Origin: Octopus sinensis | Taxonomy: Eukaryota | Direction: 5' to 3' | Length of the DNA: 64,000 nt | Assembly (NCBI RefSeq): GCF_006345805.1 | Contig: NC_042999.1 | Span: 102,610,001-102,674,000 of the forward strand | Part shown: piece by piece, positions 1-13,929 of the stretch | Layout of the letters: every line of letters begins with the position of its first letter | Numbering within the stretch: the stretch's first letter is position 1 | Made by a program: the position numbers and the translations under genes | Notes under the pieces: model-generated | What the model was told of the DNA's origin: nothing | The model's database searches: none | What the model saw: the letters and a program-made list of their open reading frames with translations, nothing else

Positions 1-60
1 GAGTAGTTACGAATCTAAATCGAAGGGGACAGACACACAACTTCACTCTTATATAAAGAT
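1..60 (-). mobile_element. 5' end of a non-autonomous Helitron (continues off the left edge)
   Basis: Matches 20633-20690 (gagtagtta.gaatctaaat.gaaggggacagacac). On the minus strand it begins A|TC, the canonical Helitron 5' end, and it interrupts the piggyBac copy at 61-383. Confidence 0.7.
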
Positions 61-383
61 GCTTTTTTTTTTTCAGTCATAGAGTTAGATTTATGAAGGT
101 CTTCAGTAGAAAATCCTTCGAATTCTGACTCGCTGCTTGATATAATGAAATTTGTATCCATTTTTTGTCAGAATTACAAATTTGAAAACACAATAAGAAC
201 AAATTTCGGAAAAAAAATCTCCCATAATTCACGGAATTAAAATTACACTTCGATTTTTGTACAAAACTGTATTTGAAGTGTTACGAAGTATAATACGTGT
301 TTTCACGAATGTACTAAAGATTTACTCTGATATTCTCATTTAAATATGAATAGGTAAATTCGGGCGGTTTGGTAACGAAAGGG
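61..383 (-). mobile_element. 5' fragment of a piggyBac element (same family as 54573-55655)
   Basis: The reverse complement aligns by eye with 54573-54955, including the TIR CCCTTTCGTTACC and the start of the transposase (..SSSESEFEGFSTED..). Confidence 0.85.
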
Positions 384-833
384 TTTATATAAGTGTCGTC
401 TGTTTATACATAAACACTGTTTCATACTTTCAGTTTAGTCTTGCTCAAATCACTCTGTCGCTAATTTACTCTCTTCCAAGACATTTTCACTCACTGTTAT
501 CTGTTAGCTTCCCATACATTTTACTCATGTATCTATCAGCGTGATAGACAGAAACAAATATTACATTTACTTTCATTTTATTCGTCGCACACTGTGTGTG
601 TGTGTTTGCGTGTGGTGTATGTAACCAGACTAAGAAAAGCATTTGACACACACCAGAATGTGAGTTTTCTGTAAATTTTGCTTAATTGGAGTTTAAATTT
701 TAAAAACTGGACCTGGCATGACGCGATGCATTGTACTCTTAAAAATGCTAGGTAAATTGTAATTGAAGAAATCCTATATTGTAGATTTGTATAACTCCCA
801 AAGGGAGGCAGATAAAATCTGCCTTTTATAATA

Positions 834-874
<41 letters not shown>

Positions 875-3800
875 CATACATATATGTATGTATGTATTTA
901 TGTATGTATGCATCTATATCTATATGTTTATACATACACAGACAGTACCCATCCACCCAAATAACTGTGAAACATTGAGAGTCAAGACACAGGAAAGGCT
1001 GCTCTATTATGAATGCATCTATTTTGTGTTAGAATTGCAATATGATATCATTGTATATACGCATGGTTTAAGGTTGGTAAAGTACTAGTTTTAGATCTAT
1101 GCTAATGTCCATATGAGCTGGGGATAAACTAGAAGCTCTTTTTTTTTTTATTATTCATCATTAATCTTATACATCTGTTATTCTGAAAAATGTTTTATTT
1201 GCTAACACAGAGGGTATATTTCTGAAATGCTTCTTAATTATTGCCCCCTGTTTCTTTTTATAACAATTTCTTATTGTCCCTTTGTTAAGATATAGAAAAA
1301 TCAAATACACCATACACATTCTCCTACGCATTCCTTCACACATCCCCCTACTCATCCCACCCCACACATATTTGTACTGTCCTGGATATGACTTTAAAAT
1401 TGCATTCAGTTGTGGGGTCCTGGTTCAGGAGTTTCAAGGTTTTGAGGAGTGTGGAACCACGTCTTAGCCATTATCGTTTCCCAAGACTACACTGACTGAC
1501 TCTGAGTAGTAACACCTGTCAGGATTCCAGTAATGGCTTAATTAGGACGCTATGGAAGAAACTCCAAACACAAAACCTCACTGCTGTGTGAGGGCCTTGG
1601 GTAAAAAATAGGTTAGAGGAGTCAGCTTCAATGGCAAATCAAGGAGCAATGTCCCTCAAGCAGTCTGCTGTTCTCTTTGACACCCTTCTAGTAACTCCCA
1701 GGTAAGAGGAATTCTCCAACCCTGTGAGACAATTCACCTGGGAGAAGGCCATTCCAATGTAAAACCTAGTTTTCTGGTCACTGCAGCCATCTTAACCTGC
1801 TGACCTGGTGTAGTCAGACCTCCTAGTTTAAAGACTATGATTGGATTGGGATTGTCTAAACAGACAAGGATTGGTGCAGTCTTCTGACTTGTCAGTTCCT
1901 GTCAAACCATCCAATGCATGCCAACATGGATGATGATGATGATGACGATGATGATGATGATATACATAGGTTCTTCTCTTACAAATTTGGCCTGATATGT
2001 AAAGAAGGAAACAAAATTCAAACTCCAGACTTATTTGCTCAAACACAGAAATATATGAAGCATAATTCCATCTTTTATATGATATTAACTCTATCAGCCA
2101 GCAAATGATAAAAGATATTTTTTTTTATAGAATAAAAGTTTTTTTTTGTTAATAAATAACACGCACAACAATAAAGGTGCAGTTTACTTTGGAACTATTA
2201 TTTTTCTGCTAAGTATATATTGTTGCAAATTGTTATGGCTACATCTGTTACAAGTATATTACCATTTTTAACTTCACAATTTCTATAAACATTCACAATG
2301 GTTACTATACTCCACAGCTGCTGGTAGCTTTCACATGGTTACTACATATTAACTCTTTTAACAATATATTTAGCTTTGGATTTAATCTTTCTTAAATCTG
2401 TAACTGTCGACAGCAGATACAATTCCTGATATATTTGTTATTGTAATTGTTAAGATCTATTTTTCTATTCTTGTCTGTCTTTGATGATTTCGTTGTTCGA
2501 ACATTTGTTGTTGTTGTTGTTGTAGTTGTTGTTGCTGTGGTTTAGTCCTCCAGACAGTCTTGATTAATACCATTTCAGCTGTGACCATCTCATCTCTTTA
2601 TTGTATTCCATGGGCCTGCCTTTTATTTAGACAGTCAGGTATAATTTGAAAGAGAGAGAAGGAGAGAGATTTGGCTGTTATTTCTTGCAGGCTGAGTAAC
2701 TGCGTAGAGGCTTCCTCATAAGATTTAATGGTCATCACTACTCTATATGTCCATTCTCTCAGGGCAATGAGATTGAAAAGAGGAATAGAAGAGAGGATGA
2801 TGATAGAAGAGCTAGGATGGATGGAAAAAGGGAGCAAGAGCATGATGGTAGAAACAGAGTAATTAAAACAGGAGAGTGGTAGACGTGGAAAGTGAGGGAT
2901 ACCTAAGACATATAACTGGGTATACAAAAAGGGAAATGGTAGTGTATAGGGTACAAGCAGATCTCGTAAATATTAAATATCTATTTTGAGATGCACATGT
3001 AGCTGTGTGGTTAAGAAATTTACTTCCCAATTACATAGATTTGGGTTCAGTCCCACTGCATGGCACCCTGGGCAAGTGTCTTTTACTATAGCTTCAGGCT
3101 GATCAAAGCTACATCAGTGGATATGGTAGATGGAAACTGAAAGAAGTCTGTTGTGTATATGTATGCATATGTGTGTATACATTTGTGTAAGTGTAAGTAT
3201 GCTTGTGTTTCTTTGTCTTGGAGTATCACTATCATACAAGTGGTCTTTCATTTCCAAACATGTCTGGCTACAGGGAAATATAATCTTACTTAGTAACAAT
3301 TAAAGGTTGCTAACATGAAGGGCTTCTGACTGTTGAAAATCTGCCTCAATAAACTTTGTCTGACCCATACAACATGGAAAAGTGAATGTTAGAACAATGG
3401 TGATAATGATGATGATGATGATGATGATGATGATGGTAATGATGATGATTCAATCAATTTGATTTCTGAATGTCATGAAGTGTCTTATTTTTGGATATTC
3501 ATTTATTGTCTTTATCGTTGAATGTTGCTATGATGGGGCATAATCTTCAAGGAATTTTGGTCAATTCTATTGGCCCCAGTACTTATCTGTTTCCCATTTC
3601 ATCATCATCATCATCATCATTGTTATCATCATTTAATGTCTATTTTCCAAGCTGGTATGAGTTGGATGCTTTGACAAGAACTAGCAAGTCAGAGGACTGC
3701 ACTTTGCTCTACTGTCTGCTCAGGTGTGATGCTCATCTTTTGGTAGGATGTCCTTCATAATGCTAAGAATGAAGTATTACATGTAATACATGATGTGGTA

Positions 3801-3894
3801 ACTTTAGTAAGGAAAACATCATATGGTAGCATTAGTATAGCAGGGATATAAGAATGGATGCCAGGCAGCAGCTAGTATACATGATGAACATAAT

Positions 3895-4097
3895 CCTTTC
3901 TATTTTAGGCACAAGACTTGAAATTTGGGCTAGGGGGCTAGTTGATTTCATCGAAACCCAGTGCGCAACTAGTACTTATTTAATCAACCCCGAAAGGATG
4001 AAAGGCAAAGTCGACCCTGGCGGAATTTGAACTCAGAATGTACCGGCAGATGAAATACCATTAAGCATTTCGCCCGGCCTGCTAACGATTCTGCCAG
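3895..4097 (-). mobile_element. tRNA-derived SINE, family A (representative copy; others at about 5390, 7000, 7810, 8570, 34860, 59610)
   Basis: Recurrent core ctgagttcaaattccgcc.aggtcgactttgcctttcatcctttcggggttgat..aataagtac, seen more than 15 times in the window. Confidence 0.8.
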
Positions 4098-5085
4098 GAT
4101 CTTGTCAAGTTCCACACTCATCATTACTTATCCTTTTACCTTGCTGTGTCAATATTACAAGTCTGCCATTATTCACTCTCCCCTTCAAAATTCTGAAGTT
4201 CTTATTTTTCATCTGTCTATGTACATAAGAAGTGAATCTTCAATGAAAACTATTGCTGTATCTGTATGATTATGGAACACCATTAGAACATTCTCTAAGC
4301 TAACAAGAAAATTAAAAATTTTTGTATCAGTTGTATCACTGATCAATAAACAGTTTTGTTTGCTGAAATTATAAACAAAACCAGTGGGTGTATTTAAGCT
4401 CAAAGGTCTGGGTACATCTGGCTAACAAAACACAGCGTGTTGGAATATCAGTTTCCCAGAACCCCTTGTGTCAATGAGTCAAGTGTGTTGTCAACACACC
4501 ATTATCGTAAAAAGGAGAAATTTTCTCCAGTGACGAAACATGACAGTAACTAACATATTTGTATTTGAATCTGCCAGAATGTATTAAGAATAGATGTGCA
4601 AATCATCATTTCAAATCATGCTGTATACAACGCAAATAACAATTTTTTTACAAATCTTGTCTTATCAGAAAATGTCTTTTTCAGTTGATTTGGAATGTTC
4701 TATTGCTTACTAATGAATTACCATTGTCCGCTTTACACATATGTGCTGCTCTATGGGGATGTAGGATGTGTGAGGTGGTGTGGCTATGTACTTCTTCACA
4801 GATCTCTGTATCTCTGTATTAGTAATAAGATCCTTCACCTAATGAGATTTCATTTATTCATAAATGATGGGTTTACTGATAATGTTTGAAAAGTTATCTG
4901 GTTTCATCAAGAAGCTGGAATTAATCTCTCTTATATCATTAGTACATAATGTAATTTCTTTCTTTGAGTGTTCTGCTGCTACTGTTACAGCTATTGGTCT
5001 TCAAAATATATCTTCTGCCATTTCAATTTCCAACCCACCTGGTTTCAGGCTAAGAAACTACTCATTTTAAAATGTTCATAATTAA

Positions 5086-5305
5086 CCCTTTAGCATTCAG
5101 ATTACTCACTCAAATGTAATGCTTATTCATTCACGTTGTTTTGAATTAGTCATGCATTATCTTGTAGCTTTGAGATTTTGATGATCTGATTGGATGTTTT
5201 TAGAATGATGTTGTAGGGTAGGTGTGTGGGACCAGATCTGGTCAGTTTGAACATAAAACAGGAAGATTATTTGGGCCAAATATGGTTGATTTGAATGCTA
5301 AAGGG
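5086..5305. mobile_element. piggyBac-type MITE (about 220 bp)
   Basis: TTAA on both sides (5082-5085, 5306-5309) and TIR CCCTTTAGCATTCA/TGAATGCTAAAGGG. Related copies at about 10390, 35700-36210 (SINE-interrupted) and 58435. Confidence 0.85.
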
Positions 5306-7250
5306 TTAAATCAAAATATTCCATCATAATTTTATGATTCTGTTTTTAAAGTTATGTTTCAAACACCAATCTAATTATTAATTTCGAATTTTAGCACAAG
5401 GCAGGTAATTTTCAGGGTAGTGGATAAGTTAACTACATTGATTCCAATGCTCAACTGGTACTTAATTTATCGACCCTGAAAGGGTGAAAGGCAAAGTCAA
5501 CCTTGGAAGAATTTGAACTCTGAATGTAATGACAGACAAAATGCTGCTTAGCATTTTGCCTTGTGTGCTAACAATTCAGCCAGCTCACCAGTCCTAATTA
5601 TTAAAAACTTTTTTTTTTTACTAGTTCTCTGCAGATTCTTTATTATTTTCCAAATTAACTAAAATACATAACCAGTATATTTCATTAGAATTACAATTAT
5701 AAAAGGGTTAAGTAACCAGCTGCATCTGTCTTCCTGTCTTTTGTTTTGACAATGGTTGCCTATGGTAATTCTTCCCTCTCCATGTGTATCCTTGTTAGTA
5801 AGTCTAATTTTACTCCCTAATTCTACTCAGAACAAACTTCTTCACTAGTTGGCATATATCTACATACATACACAACAACAACCATGTATTCTTAACACTT
5901 GCTGTCTTTTCACTTTCTGATTCTTTGATCATTGTGATTTTATCTTGAATAGCTGATTCTCATATTCATTGACATCATCATCATGATCATCATTATCAGC
6001 ATCTTCACTATTGTTGTTATGGTTGTTAATTTTGTTATCATTATCATCATCATCATCATCATTATCATCATTCAATGGTTGTTACTTCTAGTTGTGCATT
6101 TATCTAAATAAAAAGCTTGTTCGTCCATTTAGAGTGATTGAAGAAAAAGAACAAGAACAATAATAATAATAATAATAATAATGATAATAATAATAAGAAG
6201 AAGAAGAAGCAGAAGAAGAATAACAATAATAATAATAAAGTAGAACTAGGATCTCATGCAGACCTTTCTTAGCTATGTAACAGTTCTGATGATGGGGGTG
6301 GGGGAAATCAAAGAAAAAAATTACAAGACTAAAAACCACAGAAAGATATTGATATACTTGTATTTCTTCCTTACATTTTTATTCCCTCCTTTTCTCTTTC
6401 AAAATAAATGTGTGTGTGAATATATATAATGTGCGCGTGCACACACACATACAAGTACATGCACACACACACACATACAAATACATGCACACACATACAA
6501 GTACATGGACAGACACACATAAATGAAATGAATGTGTGTATGTGTATATAAGCATATAATTGTGTCTATTCATGCACACACATACACACACACACGCACA
6601 CACACACACAGACACACACACATGGATATAATCGATAAAGACAAAATTACAACTGATATATGTTTTCTCATTCTCTTCAACTGAAACAAAGACTTCTGTA
6701 TTTCTTTTTGCAACTAAGTATATGGAAATAATGTGCATGAATGTATTCCTCCTTCCCACCTCTTTTCCTTTTTTTACATAACAGGTAACAGGTGTGTTAC
6801 ATGTTATGTAAAGCTGTGTGTATGCCACATACGTGTGTGAATGTGTGTGTCTGCTCCAACATTTTCCTTACCACACACAAATACATACAGAAATATGTAC
6901 ACCTGTATCTCTACAGGTAATATAATTGTATGGACTGGAATAATGTGGGGATTGGGTAGGTGACTCATGTATTTGTTAATGATATTGTTGCTTTAAGTGG
7001 TGAGCTGGCAGAATCATTAGCATGTCAGGCAAAATGCTTAGTGGCATTTCGTCTGTCTTTATGTTCTGAGTTCAAATTCCACCGAGGTTGACTTTGCCTT
7101 TCATCCTTTCAGGGTCAATAAAATAAACACCAGTTGAACACTGGGGTTGATGTAATCAACACTTGCCCCTCCCTGAAATTGCTAGCCTTGTGCCAAAATT
7201 TACTTAGACCCAGGTCAGTCTTGATTGAGTAGACCGATTATGATATAAAG

Positions 7251-7560
7251 TAGTTGTTCTCATCCGGAGTCCATATGTCCCTTGGGGGTCCATATGTCCC
7301 TTGGGGGTCTATATGTCCCTTGGGAGTCAATATGGCCCTTGGGGGTCCATATAAGATTTTGCTGTTAAATTTTATCTGCAATGAATTGATTAAACTTCTG
7401 CAATACACAAAATATTAAAAAATGTTTTTATTCAATTCATAATTATATTTTTTTATAAAATAACAATATGATTTTTTAAAACATTGAATAGCTAGGACGA
7501 TCTGTCCAAGTAAAGTAGGAATTGAAGTGGTTCATAGGTAAAAATGGTTGAGAAACTCTG
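7251..7560. mobile_element. hAT-like MITE with an internal about 20-bp tandem repeat
   Basis: Degenerate termini tagttgttctcatcc and ggttgagaaactctg resemble CAGTGGTTCTCAACC-type TIRs. About 4.5 copies of gtccatatgtcccttgggg lie at 7269-7350. Confidence 0.55.
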
Positions 7561-9165
7561 ATCTAAAGCTTCCATCCATGTCCAGCCCACCATTTTAGCA
7601 TTATGTAGAAGTATGCTATCTGATCCTGTTATTGTATAAAGCTTCACTAGCCACTGCTATCATGCTGAACAACAGGTTATACTTTGGTGATTTTCACATT
7701 CTAACAGACAACATTAGCACAGACATACAACATAAGTTTGTGGACCTGCCAAACCTGAAGTTTATGGCATTGTGTGATGAAATGCACTTTGGTTGTGTAA
7801 AGCTCAAAATTTTGAGGGGAGAGGTCTAGTCAATTACATTGAACCCCAGTGCTTGACTGGCACTTATTTTATTGACCCCAAAAGTATGAAAGGCAAAGTC
7901 AGTCTTGGAAGAATTTGAACTCAGAATATAAAGGTGGATGAAATGCTGCTAAGCACTATGTCCAGTACGCTGATGATTCTGTCAGCTTGTCACCTTGATA
8001 ATGACAATAATAATAATAATTATAATAATAATAATACAGCAAATATTCTGGGCTACAGCAAATATTCTGCTCAATACCACAGATTTGCTTGTCAGTTGTT
8101 TGACCTTAACCAGTTGAGCATGTCCCTTAGTGGCTGACGATATGTGCATCTCTGACCATGAGCTGAAGTAGTGGGGCAGCATCATAGCTGTGTGTTGAAA
8201 GGAATTCTTGGAGGTTTAGATAATTCACCTTTGAAAACATAGCTGGTTCGTTCAACATCCTTAAAAATCCTTAATCAGGGACCTTTTGAGCAGAATGGGC
8301 TACTTGAGCAGAAAAAAATTCTAACTGGGCTCCACCTGCAAGGTCATGCGCTGTTTATCTTGATATGATATCACCATGTCGCGAACATATGGTTGTGATG
8401 CATGTGCTTGGTGTACCCTTATCAGACGGGTAGTCATGATGGGTATATTGGGCTTCGTATATTTTACCCCGGTGTCACTTTGATGGCATGCACTGCTCTC
8501 TCACATAATAATAATAATAATACTAATAATAATGATAATAATATTGATAATAATAATTCTTTCTACTTGAAATTGGAGAGAGGGAGCCAGTCAATTAGAT
8601 CAAACCTAGTATACAACTGGTACTTAATTTATCGACCCCGAAAGGATTAAGGGCAAAGTCGACCTCAGCAGAATATGAACTCAGAATGTAAAGACAATGA
8701 AATGCTGCAAAGCATTTTGTCCAGTGTGCTAACCATTTTACCAGCTTGCTGCCTTCAAAGAAGAATAGTAATGCTAATTGTTGATCAATCATAGAAAAGC
8801 GTTTCTTCTTTTCAAAACAACTATTCCAAAAGTGTATCAGAATTTAATGTACTTATTTATTTTCAGCGAAGATTAAGGTGGTGAGTGGCTGTTGAGGGGT
8901 CGGAGTCAGACAATGGAGATTACAAAATATAAATGTATAAAATATAAAAAAAATTATGGGTTAATATATTTTTCTTTCTGACTTTTGTTTTTGCTTTGAA
9001 TAATTTTTTTTTTGTCTTGGTGGAACACCCATTAAACAACTTGATGTAGAATGTTTTAAGCTTTTATTTAGGTATATTTTCTTCATTTGTTTGTTTGTGT
9101 GTGTTTTTTAACTGCCCTCTCTCTCTCTCTTTCCACATACACACAGACATGCACACATAAAGCTC

Positions 9166-9243
<78 letters not shown>

Positions 9244-9677
9244 ATGTATACACACACACACATTTGTATATATGTATGTATATATATATTATATATGTAT
9301 GTGTATATATATATATGTATGACGCTAAATGATGATGATGATGATATTATATATATATGTGTGTGTAAATATATATATATATAAACTTTCTAACACTCTT
9401 AAGCTATGAAGTTTTTATATTTTTTTTACTGACATAAAAAGGTAAATGTTAATGTAGAGATAAAAATCAGATGATGTGATGATTTGGAGGAAGAGGAGGA
9501 GAAAGAGAAGGCAGACTGTGGTGAGGATGACATGGGGGTGGTTGTAGTGGTGAGTGTAGAGTGCTGAGAATAATGATGTTGGTGTTGCCAATGATGGTGA
9601 TGATATATCGATGGTCATATTGATATTGATAATAGGGAAGGCATCAACCTGTCTGACTGTTGATCTCTTTTTCTATA

Positions 9678-10385
9678 TACAAAGGGATACTCAAAAGAAA
9701 CTGGAATTTTACAATAATATTTTGTTCACTTAGTTATTCACTGGAACTCTTGTGAAATGATGCCTTTTAACATCTCTGTCGATTTGTTCTCCACTTCTTC
9801 CACATCTGCAAATTCCATAGCACCAAATTTCATCACCAGTGATGACTTTGTATAAAGGTCTGGATCAATTTCCAACTGTTCTTTCAATTTATAACACGCA
9901 TTCAGTCATGACTACTTTTGATCTTCCATGAGCAAGCGAGGCAGAAAGTTTGCTGTAACTCTTTACATTCGCAATTCCTCACTCAAAATTCATTGGTAGG
10001 AGCTCCAGGACACATTGGTCATATCAACAAGTTCGTCAGTTGTTCGATAATGGTCCTCCATGATCAGTTCATGAATTTTCATAATGTTTTCATTTGTTTG
10101 GGAGGTTGATGGTCGCCATGAACGAGATTGGTCTTGATGTGACAAGTGACTATTCCTAAAGTATGAAAACCATTCATAAATTTGTTTTGCTCATGGCAGC
10201 ATCCTTGTAAACTGTTTGAAGCATGACAGCTGGTTCAGTCACCGTTTTCCTTAGCAGAAAACAGAATTTCATGGAAGCATGCTCTAACTTCATTTCAGTC
10301 ATTGCAAAAATAGATGAATAGGGGAGAATCATTGCAAAACAAAGATGCACCATATGGCATCTTTTATTTTCCAGTTTCGTTTCTC
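9678..10385 (-). mobile_element. Decayed mariner transposon (N-terminal HTH to first catalytic D)
   Basis: Minus-strand translation with frameshifts gives MKFCFLL..VMLQTVYKDAAMSKT..and KVITGDEIWCYG. There is a TA+CAAAGGG..GAAACTGGAA terminus at about 9678 and a partial inverse near 10370. Confidence 0.8.
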
Positions 10386-12399
10386 ATTTAACCCTTTAGT
10401 ATTTAAACTGGTCATATCTGACCAAAATATTCTACCTCTTTAATGAGAAAGCTGGCCAGGTCCAGCCTCTCACACTTACCCTACAATATCATTCTCATCA
10501 ATATCCGGTCAGGCAACTTGTCCAGATCAATTAGTCATATTGGTTGTTCAATAGCTGAATGTGTCATATGCACATGTTACAAATACAGATGATAGCATTA
10601 GTTTGCTAACTAAACTAGTTGACTTTGGCCATTTACAGTCTGTTGTCTGTTCATACCCTCAGCATCTAGTGATATTTGTCAATGATGCAATATGTTCACT
10701 GGTTCACCATGCCATACTGCATACCATAATTTCAACTTAACTCTGGTTTGGTTGGTTATGGGGTGCTAGTTTTTTCCAAGGGGCTACCTGTAATTTGATC
10801 CAGGGCTGTATATTCTCATATTCATTGCTGACCTCTATTTACATACCCATAGCTGGGACTCTCCCAATTAGAGTAGACATTGGAACAATAGTGGTTAAGA
10901 GGTGGTTCCATGCTATTTAAAACCCTGGAATTTCTAAACCAGGGCCCAACTACCTGATGCTAATGTCATGCTAGAAATAAGCAATCACATAATCAAAATC
11001 ATGATTCTACATGATAATGCATGATTAATTTAAAACAATGTGAATAAATAAATTTTATATTTGATAGAGTCCTCTGAATGCTAAATGATTAAAAACATTT
11101 CTATAGTTCCCTTCTAACATTATGAAGACATCACATTATTTCTTGTATGTGGCTTTTTAAAAAACATTAAAAAAAATATTTATTGGCATTTTCTAATGTA
11201 TTATTATTATTTTTTAAATTATTAAGCTATTTAAGCTGTGAATATTCCACTAATTATGAAGTCAAACTTTGTAAAACTTGTTTAACTATGTAAAAAAGAT
11301 ACTTCAACCTACTGCTTCGTGTTAGGAGTACTTTAACAGTAATTGTGGCTTTTTCCTGTAATACAATAGCATATTGTTTAATAGGTATGCATGCATGCAT
11401 GCATGCATGCATGTATGTATTTATTTATGTATGTATGTATGCATGTGTGTAGGTGCTATGTGTGTGTGTGTGTATGCATATATATATATATGTACTATAT
11501 GCATATTATGTGTATATCTTTTATCTTTTACTCGTTTTCAGTCATCATACTGTGACTGTCCTGGAGCAGTGCTTTGAAAAATTTAAGTTGAACAAATTGA
11601 GCCCAGTACTTTTTAAAAAAAAATTTTAAGCCTGGTACTTATTCCCTCTTTAGCCGAACTGCTAAGTTATGGAGACCAACACCAGTTGTCAAGTACTGGT
11701 AGGAGACAAATACAAACATAAAAAAAAAAAAGACAGACAGACAGACAGACAGACAGCCAGCCAGCCAGACACACACACACACACACACACACACAAGGAG
11801 CTCCACTTCCTCTGGGGTTGCCAAAAGGGTGTCAAAGAGGGTTCTGAATCTGAGAGATTCCACTACTTGATTTGCTGCTGAGGTTGTCTCCCCTAACCTT
11901 TTCCTTTCCCAAGGCACTCACAAAGCAGTGAGGGTTTGTGCCTGGAGCTTCTTCCACAACATGTTAATTAACCCATTATTAACAGGTGCTACTAATCCAG
12001 GTCAGAGTAGACTTGGGAACAATAGTGGATAAGAAGTGGTTCCACACTCCTCAAAATCTTGGAACTCCCAAACTAGGGCCCCATTACCAGATGCAGTTTG
12101 ATGTCATACCCAGGACAAACATCTGACATTGAAGTGCTGGGAAAACCAGTTTCTCAGTATGGAATCTCATGTCTTCAAGTACTGTTTGCAATGCATGGCT
12201 TGTCATGCCATTCATCTTGGTGATTTCATGTATCTAAGGCATTTACTTTCAGGAGAATTAATTCTTGGTATGCATTCCTTGAACAAATCAAGAAAGAAGG
12301 TTCATGATATCCCCTAAACAAACATGATGCCTTGAACAATCAGTGCTGTGTATTGGGGGCATCCCACAATCTAATATGTAGTAGAAGCAACACCAACAT

Positions 12400-12760
12400 C
12401 AAAATAAAAATCAAATGGAAATTGTAGTTAAGATACCCGTACCAGTGACATGTAAAAAGCATTGTCCGAATGTGGTAGCTGCCAGCGCTGCCTGACTGGC
12501 ATCTTGTGTCAGTGACACGTAAAAGCACCAACCAATCGTGGCTGTTTGCCAGCCTTCCCTGGCCCCTGTGCCGGTGGCGCGTAAAAAGCACCCACTACAC
12601 TCACGGAGTGGTTGGCGTTAGAAAGGGCATCCAGCTGTAGAAACACTGCCAGATCAGACTGGAGCCTGGTGCAGCCTCCTGGCTTCCCAGACCCCGGTCA
12701 AACCGTCCAACCCATGCTAGCATGGAAAACGGACATTAAACGATGATGATGAGGATGATG
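12400..12760 (+). mobile_element. SINE-like retroposon, family B, with (GAT)n tail (other copies at about 17432-17680, 19066-19250, 21950, 26270, 33400, 36480, 52350, 52655, 53280, 57680)
   Basis: Recurrent ggttggcgttaggaagggcatccagctgtagaaac...ccaacccatgctagcatggaaaacggacgttaaacgatgatgat. Confidence 0.8.
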
Positions 12761-13259
12761 AACTAGGAAGAATAGTGTGCAGTTTTGAGAAAATTTCAAT
12801 TGCTATCAACTAGTGAAACATAATACCTAAAATACCTTCAGAATGTTGAAACTCTGCATGGTAGGAGACCCAGAGATAATTTTGCCTGTATTATCTGTGA
12901 TGTAGTACACATCTAAGAGCCAGATTTGTCTTCTATGAAAGATTACTTATTGGGAAACCAGCTGGAGATTCTTTGATTCAAACAATTCCAACAGCCTTGG
13001 TGGAGCTCTGATGATCTTTATACTCAAAGATGTGCTCCTCTACTGGGCTTAAAATCCATTCTGGATGAGTGTACAAGTGTTAACTTACTTTTGGCATCAA
13101 TCTTGGCTAAATCATGTCCTACATTTGTCACACGTGTTTTAAAATAAAATCAAGTCTTGATAAACATCTAGAGGCCTGTAGTAGAATTGCCATCAAACTT
13201 GTTTCAGGCATATTTTTGCAATGATTAAGTAGTTATACCTGATATAGAATTTCTTACCA

Positions 13260-13690
13260 CCATAAATTTCCCTGTGTATATATGTTTGTATGTTGTGTGT
13301 GTATTGTGTGAGTGTGATTTTTTGTGTAAGTGGGTGTGTTTGTGTGTGTATGTGTATGTGTGTGCGTGTTGTATGTGTATTGTGTGTGTGTATTGTGTGC
13401 ACGTGTGCGAGTGTCTGTGAGTGTGTGTTTGTGTGTGTGTGTTTTGTGTAAGTGTGTGTGTATTATGTGTGTGTGTGTGTGTATGTGTTGTGTATTGTGT
13501 GTATGTATTATGTGCATGTGTTTGTGTGCATGTGTGTGTTGCATGTGTCTTGTATGTGTGTGTATTATGAGCATGTGTGTGAGTGTGTGTTTGTGTGTGT
13601 GTGTATGTTGTGTATGTGTGTTTGTGTGTGAGTGTACTGTGTGCATGTGTGTGTGTGTGTGTGTGTGTGTGAGTGTGTGTGTTGTGTAAG
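13260..13690. repeat. Long cryptic (TG)-rich microsatellite array
   Basis: About 430 bp of degenerate tgtg/tatg/tgag units. It produces the H/T-rich and C/V-rich pseudo-ORFs in the track. Confidence 0.9.
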
Positions 13691-13929
13691 AATAAAAAGA
13701 ATGAGTCTGATGTATGCACAGCAATTTCTCACTATAGAAAAAAAAACCAACTTTACATTATTCTAGCTAGGTCATTGCCAATTTTGACAAATGAACTGTC
13801 ATATCATATCATACACATATGCATGCAACACATTTCTGATCTTGTGCCCCCCCCCCAAAAAAAACAAACAGACTTAGAAAGGCTTAGTAAAGTGAAGGAA
13901 ATGTAGTGAGCTGGCAATATTTTTGACTG

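Noticed and set aside
5720-5764. Possible mini-exon (A)ASVFLSFVLTMVAY(G) as an upstream FLVCR exon
   Set aside because: No polypyrimidine tract, and length and sequence do not match the expected QTTL..VLG exon. Hydrophobic by chance.
6917-6955. Possible mini-exon (G)NIIVWTGIMWGL(G)
   Set aside because: Weak donor, phase incompatible with the phase-2 start of exon 22578, and no convincing homology.
7269-7350. Regular short repeats superficially like a CRISPR array (also 33520-33790)
   Set aside because: There are no unique spacers, the context is eukaryotic, and the repeats are internal to mobile elements.
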